Positions 54,280 to 61,607 of a stretch of DNA of 64,000 nucleotides are shown here, piece after piece. The translations under genes were made by a program, and so were the position numbers. Within the stretch, counting starts at the first letter, position 1; every line of letters starts with the position of its first letter. This stretch comes from Thalassocella blandensis (lineage in GTDB: Bacteria > Pseudomonadota > Gammaproteobacteria > Pseudomonadales > Cellvibrionaceae), in contig CAMCXE010000001.1 in assembly GCA_945882995.1 (NCBI GenBank), forward strand, positions 2,084-66,083. The letters are read 5' to 3'. The notes beneath the pieces are model-generated. The model saw only the letters and a program-made list of their open reading frames with translations. It ran no database searches and was not told the DNA's origin.

Positions 54280-54696
54280 TTACAGCCAAGGATTAAGAAG
54301 TTTTACACCCGTCAATTCAAAATCGAGTGTATTGCGAGTCACTACTGTCATGCTATGAATAATTCCCGTTGCGGCAATAAACGCATCCCGCTCGGAGCGA
54401 GGGTCGGGAATGTGCAGCCCAGCGCAGCACTGCGCCACGGCCACGTCTATGGGTAAAATGCGCCCTGCAAAGGCGGGTATCACTTGCTCGTCGAGCCAGC
54501 GTCGTAGCATATCGCTTTGCACCGGGTCTTTCTGTGCGACGCGACGAATACCCAGTTCAAGTTCCATGATGGTTATCACTGATAAATGCAGTGAATCCGT
54601 GGCCACCGCCTGCGCCCAAGTCACCACACCCTTATGGGCGCGCCCTGCCCGCCCTTTGCGCAGCTCGGACACCACATGGGTATCGAGTAAATACAT
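54280..54696 (-). CDS. vapC: Type II toxin VapC (PIN domain ribonuclease)
   Basis: MYLLDTHVVSELRK...ITIMELELG...AFIAATGIIHSMTVVTRNTLDF, a typical PIN/VapC-FitB pattern with conserved acidic residues. Confidence 0.85.
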   Translation of the reverse strand: MYLLDTHVVSELRKGRAGRAHKGVVTWAQAVATDSLHLSVITIMELELGIRRVAQKDPVQSDMLRRWLDEQVIPAFAGRILPIDVAVAQCCAGLHIPDPRSERDAFIAATGIIHSMTVVTRNTLDFELTGVKLLNPWL

Positions 54697-54962
54697 CAGG
54701 ATAAATCCGGTATTTGCGCCGCAACGGCAATTTTTTGAGGCTCGAATTCAATTGTGTCATCAGCGGGCATGGACAGTAATTCGGTAATGTTTGGCTGCTT
54801 ACCCGTCATGCGACGAAATTCATCGAAGGTCATGAGCACATAGGAAGGCTTGCCGCGATCGGTGATAAATACCGGCCCCTGCAAGGCGGCCCGCTTGGCG
54901 CCGCCGGTGTCTTGATTGAATTCGCGGCTGGAAACGGATGTTGTCGGCATGGTAAACCCCAA
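54696..54962 (-). CDS. Type II antitoxin (Phd/YefM-type) partner of VapC
   Basis: SSREFNQDTGGAKRAALQGPVFITDRGKPSYVLMTFDEF is a typical Phd/YefM N-terminus. Its stop overlaps the vapC start. The likely true start is Met 54950. Confidence 0.75.
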   Translation of the reverse strand: MGFTMPTTSVSSREFNQDTGGAKRAALQGPVFITDRGKPSYVLMTFDEFRRMTGKQPNITELLSMPADDTIEFEPQKIAVAAQIPDLS

Positions 54963-55053
54963 TTAAGTAGCAATGTATAAACAATAGCGCTTAGCTGGCT
55001 TGGCTGCAAGTTTATTTATTTTGCGAATTTGTGAGTGGCACAAAAAACTACGG

Positions 55054-55246
55054 TTGCGATTTCGGGGTTTGGGTGCAATGATTAAAGGGCAAAACGTCTC
55101 AGCGAACGTACCGCTGAACCTTAGAGTTGCGCATCGAATCTGCAATCGCAGCATGGCTTAATCGCCTGATTCTATTTTTTTCTAACCCGCGTGGGAGTCA
55201 TCCCGCATGGGGTGCTCTTCGCATTTTATTTTTGGAGAGCATCACC
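55054..55246 (+). promoter_or_regulatory. Type B promoter plus structured leader, copy 2
   Basis: TTGCGA, 17 nt, TGcAATGAT. Hairpin TCAGCG(7)CGCTGA-ACCTTAG. SD stem 55211-55218 / 55236-55243. Alignable to copy 1 all the way to the ATG. Confidence 0.7.
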
Positions 55247-55792
55247 ATGATTTCAGTACCCGGCACCATCAAAATCCGCAGTGTAGAAGGCCGTTTTGGC
55301 TCCTTCAATGTGGCCACACTCGATTGCTCCATCGGTTCGTTTACGGTCAAAGACGCCTCTATTGAGGAGTTTGACCAGGGCGTTTATACCGGTGATTTTG
55401 TGATTGAAAAAATTAAACCACAAAGTTACATCTCAAACGGCCGCATGGTGGTTGAGGTTCGAGCCATACTCAGCGCCATTATGCTGAGTCGGGATTCGGT
55501 ACATCAGCCCTGTGATGAATTTGAGTCGCTAGAGCAAGACCCGATGGAAGCCGAAGCGGGTGTTGATGAAGGCCCAGAGCCTGAATTGACCCCGGCACCG
55601 GATGAGGTGGAGGTTGAAGTGGTTGATGATGAGCTGGACGAAGCTGCCCGTTTATTCGGAATACTTTGGCCGCTCGGTAACGTCATTAAACTCGACCCAA
55701 CCATTAACCGTGCGTTGTTCCGTCAGCAAAAAGATTACCTGAAAAATGCAGGTTTTCGCTTTGTTGCCGCCGATCAACACTGGTTACGGTAA
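55247..55792 (+). CDS. Hypothetical ICE protein (DUF3275-like, tentative) with acidic linker
   Basis: Start at ATG 55247 (MISVPGTIKIRSVEGRFGSFNVATL...). OB-like N-terminal region and an acidic stretch EAEAGVDEGPEPELTPAPDEVEVEVVDDELDE. Confidence 0.45.
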   Translation: MISVPGTIKIRSVEGRFGSFNVATLDCSIGSFTVKDASIEEFDQGVYTGDFVIEKIKPQSYISNGRMVVEVRAILSAIMLSRDSVHQPCDEFESLEQDPMEAEAGVDEGPEPELTPAPDEVEVEVVDDELDEAARLFGILWPLGNVIKLDPTINRALFRQQKDYLKNAGFRFVAADQHWLR

Positions 55793-55804
55793 GGGGGTTG
55801 TGTC

Positions 55805-56926
55805 ATGGCACTTATCTTTCAACGCTTAGCGCGTAACTTTATCAAAAATGGCTACTTCCCCACGGATGAAGCCACCATTTCTCGCGTATTGGCCATGCTT
55901 GAAGCCCCGGTAGGACAGGTCAGAATTTGTGACCCCTGTTGTGGCGAAGGTATTGCCTTGGCGGAATGTGCGCATTACTTGAAAGATGCCGGTTCCTCGG
56001 TGTTTAGTGCAGGCATTGAATTTAATGCCGAGCGCGCCAGCAATGCTAAGCAGTTACTCGATCATGTTGTGCATTCCGATATTCAGGACTGTGTAATGAG
56101 TAACGGCCAGTTCAACTTACTGTGGTTAAACCCGCCGTATGGTGATCGCATTACCGACCAAACGCTAAGCACTAACGCCTCGGAAAAACAGGGGCGCGAC
56201 CGCTTGGAGAAGTATTTTTTATCCCGCGCAATGCCCACTTTAGCGTTTGGTGGCTTGCTCATTTTTATCATTCCGCACTATGTGCTGGATCGACACCTCG
56301 CCAAACAGCTTGCTCGTAGTCTGAGTGAATTGTCGGTGTATCGCTTGCCTGAAGATCAATTCAAGCAGGTGGTAATTATGGGGTATCGACGCCGAGGGGA
56401 AGTTGCCGCCGGTGATGCTGAGATCGTGAATCGCCTCGTGAATATTTCGGGTGATCGTGACTTGGCTCCAGAACTGCCCGAAGTCCCTGAGCGGTTTTAT
56501 CAGGTTTCCACGGTAACGCCCGATGTACAAAGGCGCTGCTTGGAATTTCGCTCAGTAAGGCCTACGGCGGAACAGGCTTGGGAAGTTTCACAGCTACACC
56601 CCTGCTTGTGGGATGAATTTTCATTGCACTTTGGTCGGAGTGACGCGGTAAAACGCCCACCCGCTCGGGCGCTTTCGGATTGGCACTTATCCCTCATGTT
56701 GGCTGCTGGCCAAGTATCGGGTGTAGTGACTTCCAAAAGTGGTCGGCAATTGTTAGTAAAAGGCAGTACCCATAAGGAAAAGGAGCTAACCACGACCTTT
56801 AGCGAGGACGCGGATGGCAATCTGGAAGAAACCAGAATCCTGACCGATAGGTTTGTGCCTGTGATTAAAGCCATTGATGTAACGCCTGGCGCTGCAACCT
56901 TTGGTGATGTTTTGACGATACGTTAA
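55805..56926 (+). CDS. N6-adenine DNA methyltransferase-like protein (DUF6094-type)
   Basis: SAM-binding motif I ICDPCCGEGIAL and catalytic motif IV LWLNPPYG (NPPY). Confidence 0.7.
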   Translation: MALIFQRLARNFIKNGYFPTDEATISRVLAMLEAPVGQVRICDPCCGEGIALAECAHYLKDAGSSVFSAGIEFNAERASNAKQLLDHVVHSDIQDCVMSNGQFNLLWLNPPYGDRITDQTLSTNASEKQGRDRLEKYFLSRAMPTLAFGGLLIFIIPHYVLDRHLAKQLARSLSELSVYRLPEDQFKQVVIMGYRRRGEVAAGDAEIVNRLVNISGDRDLAPELPEVPERFYQVSTVTPDVQRRCLEFRSVRPTAEQAWEVSQLHPCLWDEFSLHFGRSDAVKRPPARALSDWHLSLMLAAGQVSGVVTSKSGRQLLVKGSTHKEKELTTTFSEDADGNLEETRILTDRFVPVIKAIDVTPGAATFGDVLTIR

Positions 56927-56945
56927 ACCGGCATTTATGCCATTT

Positions 56946-56979
56946 CCCGATTGGGCCTTCCAATCGGGAGGCCTTTTTT
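56946..56979 (+). terminator. Probable Rho-independent terminator
   Basis: CCCGATTGG-GCCTT-CCAATCGGG, then AGGCC and TTTTTT. An alternative stem is GGCCT/AGGCC directly before the T-run. Confidence 0.6.
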
Positions 56980-57008
56980 ATTTTTTCTTTAATTTAAAAG
57001 GTGAGCAT

Positions 57009-57731
57009 ATGTTGGATGATTTTTACAGTATCAAAGAGGCGTCAATGCCAATGTTTGTGGATTCGTATTTGGTGGACGAAGGCCGGTTGTTGTTTTGTTC
57101 TTTGTGGGGTGGTGAGACGGCGATGCAGGAGTTTTTAGCGCGCTTAACACTGCCGGAAGCCGAATTCGGATTGCGAGAATTTACCCTCCTAGACCCCGAT
57201 GACGGAAGGATGTACGACGAAATTTCGGTGGGTAATGCTGCCGAACTTTCCAAGCTCACCGCCAGAACACCCTCCACAACGGTGCTCGGGTCGCTCTGCC
57301 ATGTTTGGCTGTACGACCCGGTATTGCAAAAACACAGCGCGGCTCGCCGCGAGCGGTATTTGTTAATGCGCCAGGGGTTTACATCTGATCCAGATGGTGT
57401 CCTCAGTGATATTTGGTCAGCCATTAAGGAGCTTTGTCACATACCCTTGATGGATGTGTGGGAAAGACCCATTACGGCTTACATGACTACACAAACGTGG
57501 CTGTACGACATAGAAGGTGTAGGTGGTGTTGATGGTTTAAAAATCACCATACCGGAACAGGAGTTTACGGAGGCAGTGCAGGCGATGTTGCGCGACGGGA
57601 CATTAAGTCTTGACCCGGCACCGCCAACACCTAATCCATTAACACCGGATGATCCTGAAGTTGTACAACCTGAAAAACAGCGCGGCCCGGTTATGCAGTC
57701 TGAGCTGTTTGGCACGGTTTCACTGTTTTGA
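57009..57731 (+). CDS. Hypothetical protein between the methylase and the helicase
   Basis: 240 aa from ATG 57009 (GGTGAG upstream). No recognisable motif. Confidence 0.5.
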   Translation: MLDDFYSIKEASMPMFVDSYLVDEGRLLFCSLWGGETAMQEFLARLTLPEAEFGLREFTLLDPDDGRMYDEISVGNAAELSKLTARTPSTTVLGSLCHVWLYDPVLQKHSAARRERYLLMRQGFTSDPDGVLSDIWSAIKELCHIPLMDVWERPITAYMTTQTWLYDIEGVGGVDGLKITIPEQEFTEAVQAMLRDGTLSLDPAPPTPNPLTPDDPEVVQPEKQRGPVMQSELFGTVSLF

Positions 57732-57910
57732 GGAGAGTAAAAATCGTGACTTTCACGAACCCGTAAGCGAAGTCAGGGCGCAAGCCTGGGGTTCATTGTA
57801 ATTTGTAAACACTCACTGTTTTCATTTGAAAACAACACCTTGACCCTGCGGGCACAAACTCCCGTAGGGGCTTGTGTTGGCGGGGTTTTCTTATTTTTGA
57901 GGAAACCTTT

Positions 57911-60274
57911 ATGAGCGCAGTAACCACTTTAAACACCACTGAAATTGCTGATGTAAACAATGTTGATACCAGCGTTTCGCTGTCTGCCGGGGAGTTGATC
58001 GAAGCGGCAGACACTATGAATTTGCGGGATTTTATCAGTGAATTTGGCGCCGATTTATTAGCGGCAGTCGAACGCGATAATCCACCCGTGTACACCGCTG
58101 GTTGCCCAGTCTTGTCGCGCAGTCATGTACTGCAAAACTTGCTGCGTAAACCGTTTGAAGCCCAAGCAGAAGCCGTGCAAGCCTTGGCTGCACTGTTATT
58201 CGACAAGGGTGAAAAAGCGGCCATTTTGAATGCGGAAATGGGCACCGGCAAAACCATGATGGCAATTTCGCTAGCGGCAGTAGCGCAGCGTGAAGGCTTC
58301 CGAAATACCTTAATCATTAGTCCACCGCACTTGGTGTACAAATGGCGACGGGAAATTCAGGAGACTATACGCGGTGCAAAAGTTTGGGTGCTAAACGGCC
58401 CAGATACCCTGGCTAAATTGCTGAAGTTGCGTGAAGCCCTGCGGGTTGCACCGTCTGATATGCCCGAGTTCTTCATCATCGGGCGGGTCAGAATGCGGCT
58501 TGGGTATCACTGGCGTCATGCGTTTACGCTGCGTCGCTTTCGTCGTTTGGTCTGTGAGGATCAAACCGGCGGTGGTGAAGGTGTACGGCGGATTGCACTG
58601 GCAACAGAGCATCCCGCCTGCGGACACTGCGGTGAATGGGTAAAGAATGAGGATGGCGATTTGCAAAGCGCACTCGACATTCAAATTCAAACCAAACAAC
58701 TGCGCTGCAAAAAATGCAATTCAGCCTTGTGGACGCTGATGCGGCCCAAAGCGGCACCGGTGGGACAAGGTGAGGTGGTGAAAAAGGCCTTGTGCCAATT
58801 GCCCACCATTGGCCCCAAAACAGCGGATCGTTTGATCGGCATGTTCGGAGCCAAAATGCTTGAAGGTATGCTAGCCGACAACATTTATGAGTTTGTGAAC
58901 CTCATGGATGAAGACGGCGAGCTGGTGTTTTCGGATCGTCAAGCCACTCGCATGGAGCGGGCGCTTGCCACTACCGAGTTCAGTTTTGGCCAAGGCGGCT
59001 ATCAGGCTACAGAATTCCTCAAGCGTTATATGCCGAAGGGTTTTGTGGATCTACTGGTAGTGGACGAAGGGCACGAATATAAGAACGAAGGCAGTGCGCA
59101 AGGGCAAGCCATGGGTGTATTGGCGGCGCTCTCCAAAAAGGTATTGCTGTTAACGGGTACTTTAATGGGGGGTTATGCCAGTGACCTGTTCTTTTTGTTG
59201 TGGCGCTCTATGCCCCACCGCATGATAGAACTGGGTTTTAAATGCAGTGGTCGCGGCTCTATGGCGGCAGCTTCCATGGCGTTTATGCGGGAGCATGGCG
59301 TACTGAAAGACATTTACAAAACCAAGGAAGGCGGTAATCACCGCACCGCCCGTGGCAATCGCACGGTGGTGAGCACGGTAAAAGGCCCAGGCTTTGGCCC
59401 ATTAGGCATAGCCCAATGCGTTTTGCCGTTCACGGTGTTTTTGAAACTTAAAGACATTGGGCAAAAAGTATTACCGCCTTACCAGGAGTATTACGTTGAG
59501 ATCGACATGGAAAGCGAACAGCGTTATCAATATTTAAAAATGGAGAAAAAATTGACCCAAGAACTCAAGGAGGCTTTGCGTAAAGGGGATAAGAGCTTAA
59601 TGGGTGTTGTACTCAACACACTGTTAGCTTGGCCGGACACCTGTTTTATGCCAGAGGTTGTTAAGCACCCCAGAACCCGTGAAGTATTGGCGATAGCTCC
59701 AGCGTTATTTAAAGATGACGGTATGGAAACGCCAAAAGAGACTTGGTTAAAGCAATATTGCTTGGATCAGCAACAAGATGGACGCCGCGTACTGGTTTAT
59801 ACCAGCTACACCGGCAAGCGTGATACCTGTAATCGCTTAAAGCACATGCTAAGCGAAGCAGGGTTAAAAGTCGCCGTGCTGCGCTCCACCGTCGCCACAG
59901 AAAAGCGTGAAGACTGGGTAGCGGATCAAGTGGATAAAGGCATTGAGGTAATTATCTGCAACCCCGAACTGGTGAAAACCGGGCTGGATTTGCTGGAATT
60001 TCCTTCAATCGTCTTTATGCAAACCGGCTACAACGTGTACACCTTGATGCAAGCGGCCAGACGCTCATGGCGTATTGGCCAAACCAACGATGTTGACGTG
60101 GTATTTTTAGGCTACGCCCAATCCGCACAAAGTCGCTGCCTTTCACTAATGGCAGAGAAAATAGCGGTAAGCCAGTCCACCTCGGGGGACATTCCCGACT
60201 CAGGACTCGACTCGCTGAATCAGCGTGGCGATAGTGTTGAGGTGGCTATGGCAAGGGATTTGTTAGCTGCGTAA
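57911..60274 (+). CDS. SNF2-family helicase with inserted zinc ribbon
   Basis: Motif I NAEMGTGKTMMA, motif II VVDEGHEYKN, motif III LLTGTLMGG, motif VI QAARRSWRIGQ. Insertion CGHCGEWV...CKKCNSALW between motifs I and II. Start at ATG 57911. Confidence 0.8.
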   Translation: MSAVTTLNTTEIADVNNVDTSVSLSAGELIEAADTMNLRDFISEFGADLLAAVERDNPPVYTAGCPVLSRSHVLQNLLRKPFEAQAEAVQALAALLFDKGEKAAILNAEMGTGKTMMAISLAAVAQREGFRNTLIISPPHLVYKWRREIQETIRGAKVWVLNGPDTLAKLLKLREALRVAPSDMPEFFIIGRVRMRLGYHWRHAFTLRRFRRLVCEDQTGGGEGVRRIALATEHPACGHCGEWVKNEDGDLQSALDIQIQTKQLRCKKCNSALWTLMRPKAAPVGQGEVVKKALCQLPTIGPKTADRLIGMFGAKMLEGMLADNIYEFVNLMDEDGELVFSDRQATRMERALATTEFSFGQGGYQATEFLKRYMPKGFVDLLVVDEGHEYKNEGSAQGQAMGVLAALSKKVLLLTGTLMGGYASDLFFLLWRSMPHRMIELGFKCSGRGSMAAASMAFMREHGVLKDIYKTKEGGNHRTARGNRTVVSTVKGPGFGPLGIAQCVLPFTVFLKLKDIGQKVLPPYQEYYVEIDMESEQRYQYLKMEKKLTQELKEALRKGDKSLMGVVLNTLLAWPDTCFMPEVVKHPRTREVLAIAPALFKDDGMETPKETWLKQYCLDQQQDGRRVLVYTSYTGKRDTCNRLKHMLSEAGLKVAVLRSTVATEKREDWVADQVDKGIEVIICNPELVKTGLDLLEFPSIVFMQTGYNVYTLMQAARRSWRIGQTNDVDVVFLGYAQSAQSRCLSLMAEKIAVSQSTSGDIPDSGLDSLNQRGDSVEVAMARDLLAA

Positions 60275-60281
60275 AACCTTT

Positions 60282-60302
60282 AACCCTCTTCGGAGGGTTT
60301 TT
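60282..60302 (+). terminator. Rho-independent terminator (UUCG loop) after the helicase
   Basis: AACCCTC-TTCG-GAGGGTT followed by TTTTT. Confidence 0.8.
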
Positions 60303-60391
60303 GTTTATGCTCCCCGCGCTATCCACTTCGCCGTAAAGGTGCTTGTAGTGATAGTGAGGGCAACTACCTGATTTTAATGCTATATTATCTC

Positions 60392-60598
60392 GTAAGTTGT
60401 AGTTTCCCGCCGCTAAGGCGGTTTAAAGTATGAAATTCAGCGACTTTATGTTGATTTCGCGTTTCCCGCCGCTAAGGCGGTTTAAAGGATCAAATAGAAA
60501 CCAAGCCCGTTTAGCAAACCGTTTCCCGCCGCTAAGGCGGTTTAAAGACGCATAGCATTACCGTCATCCTGAATGCCATTGCTTCCCGCCGCTAAGGC
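60392..60598 (+). CRISPR. Orphan CRISPR mini-array, type I-F-like 28-nt repeat geometry: 3 intact repeats, 1 degenerate terminal repeat, 3 spacers
   Basis: GTTTCCCGCCGCTAAGGCGGTTTAAAG is identical at 60392, 60451 and 60511 (periods 59 and 60). Unique 31-33 nt spacers. Degenerate repeat GCTTCCCGCCGCTAAGGCTT... at 60571. AT-rich leader with TGcTATATT at 60368-60376. No cas genes in the window. Confidence 0.7.
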
Positions 60599-60606
60599 TT
60601 TTGTAG

Positions 60607-60630
60607 GTTTAGAGGCGTTTACCCGCCGAT
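60607..60630 (+). repeat. Spacer-less repeat-like hairpin (solitary CRISPR-repeat-like unit)
   Basis: GTTTACCCGCCGATTAGGCGGATC keeps the CCGCC/GGCGG stem and the 5-nt loop size of the array repeat, but lies only 9 nt after the degenerate repeat. Confidence 0.5.
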
Positions 60631-60637
60631 TAGGCGG

Positions 60638-60660
60638 ATCGTTCGTTAAACCCTCTTTGG
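60638..60660 (+). terminator. Rho-independent terminator, near-duplicate of 60282-60302
   Basis: AAACCCTC-TTTG-GAGGGTTT followed by a T-run. Confidence 0.8.
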
Positions 60661-60689
60661 AGGGTTTTTTAATATCTGGCGGTTAAATT

Positions 60690-61529
60690 ATGGATTTCGA
60701 TACCAAGCTGCCGTTTGCAGTTAGCCTGGCCTCAGGTCTGTTAATTGAGGTGGATGACGCGGAGCCCGGCAGGAGTTGTAATTGTGTCTGCCCAAGCTGT
60801 AGGCAAGGAGTTGTTGCAAGACAGGGTCAAAAGAATCGCTGGTGTTTTGCTCACGATAAAGACTCGGAGCACAAACCGACCAAGATTTGTGAAGTATCAT
60901 TTTATAGCTGCTGCCGACTATTTATTATTGAGTCGGTACTGGGGAAAAAGCCCGAATTCATTGCTTTGCCTGATTATCTAATCGGAGAGTATAGAAAAGA
61001 TTTTTCCATGGTACCCCTCACCGACACCCTATCAGGCGGAACATTTCCCGTATTAGAGGTGCGCGGCAGCGAAGCGCATGACTCGCACGATTTCACACTC
61101 ATGCTTGAGGGGCGTACCGTAGACGTGTTCTTAAGCTATCCCGGCAGGAAGAAACCCGGCCCCCCATTTTCGGCGGCAGCCATCAAAATTGACTTATCAA
61201 TCTTGCAGAAGCGGTACGCGGAAACTGAGACGGGGCGCTACCTGTTCCGTGGGCTTGTGAATGAAATATTTGAAGAGCGATATTCTGCTGAATGTATAAA
61301 GTGGTTGTACACCCCGGAGGAGCAGGCTATACGAGATGGATTGCGTGAGCGCCTAAAGAATGAAGTTCAATTTGAGCAAGACTACGATGAATGGCGCAGC
61401 CAACTACCAACAAAACTACAACCAAAAAACAAAGCTGAAACACTCAAATGCGAAGACTGTGGTAGCGAGTATTACCCCGGCCAACCCTGCGTTAAATGCC
61501 GCAGAAAGAAAGAGTTGCACATCATATAA
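60690..61529 (+). CDS. Zinc-finger protein with CoiA-like N-terminus and C-terminal zinc ribbon, unknown function
   Basis: GLLIEVDDAEPGRSCNCVCPSCRQGVVARQGQKNRWCFAH resembles the CoiA-type N-terminal finger. VDVFLSY...AAIKIDLS resembles the CoiA nuclease-core layout. C-terminal CEDCGSEYYPGQPCVKC. Tentative. Confidence 0.4.
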   Translation: MDFDTKLPFAVSLASGLLIEVDDAEPGRSCNCVCPSCRQGVVARQGQKNRWCFAHDKDSEHKPTKICEVSFYSCCRLFIIESVLGKKPEFIALPDYLIGEYRKDFSMVPLTDTLSGGTFPVLEVRGSEAHDSHDFTLMLEGRTVDVFLSYPGRKKPGPPFSAAAIKIDLSILQKRYAETETGRYLFRGLVNEIFEERYSAECIKWLYTPEEQAIRDGLRERLKNEVQFEQDYDEWRSQLPTKLQPKNKAETLKCEDCGSEYYPGQPCVKCRRKKELHII

Positions 61530-61607
61530 ACGACATGGCCGATTTTAGATTTTTGGTGTGGCCAACCAAAGCGGCTAAATTCACCACCTAATTTGAAGGA
61601 TGATGTT

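Larger units (their letters stand above)
2445..60274. mobile_element. Integrative conjugative element / conjugative genomic island backbone (MPF-G, PFGI-1 / ICEclc / PAPI-1-like). This is the minimum extent; the ends are not identified in the window.
   Basis: Co-linear set of TraG-like, VirB4/TraC-like ATPase, TraD coupling protein, RAQPRD protein, lytic transglycosylase, MOBH HD-relaxase, ParA, ParB-like, SSB, topoisomerase, antirestriction, RadC, methylase and SNF2 helicase genes. This gene content is typical of that ICE family. No integrase or tRNA was seen. Confidence 0.85.

Noticed and set aside
57911-60274. SNF2 helicase next to the CRISPR array considered as a Cas3-like effector
   Set aside because: The motifs are SNF2-type (DEGH, QAARRSWRIGQ), not Cas3 superfamily-2 DExH with an HD nuclease. 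No Cas1, Cas2, Cas6 or Csy-like ORFs accompany it.
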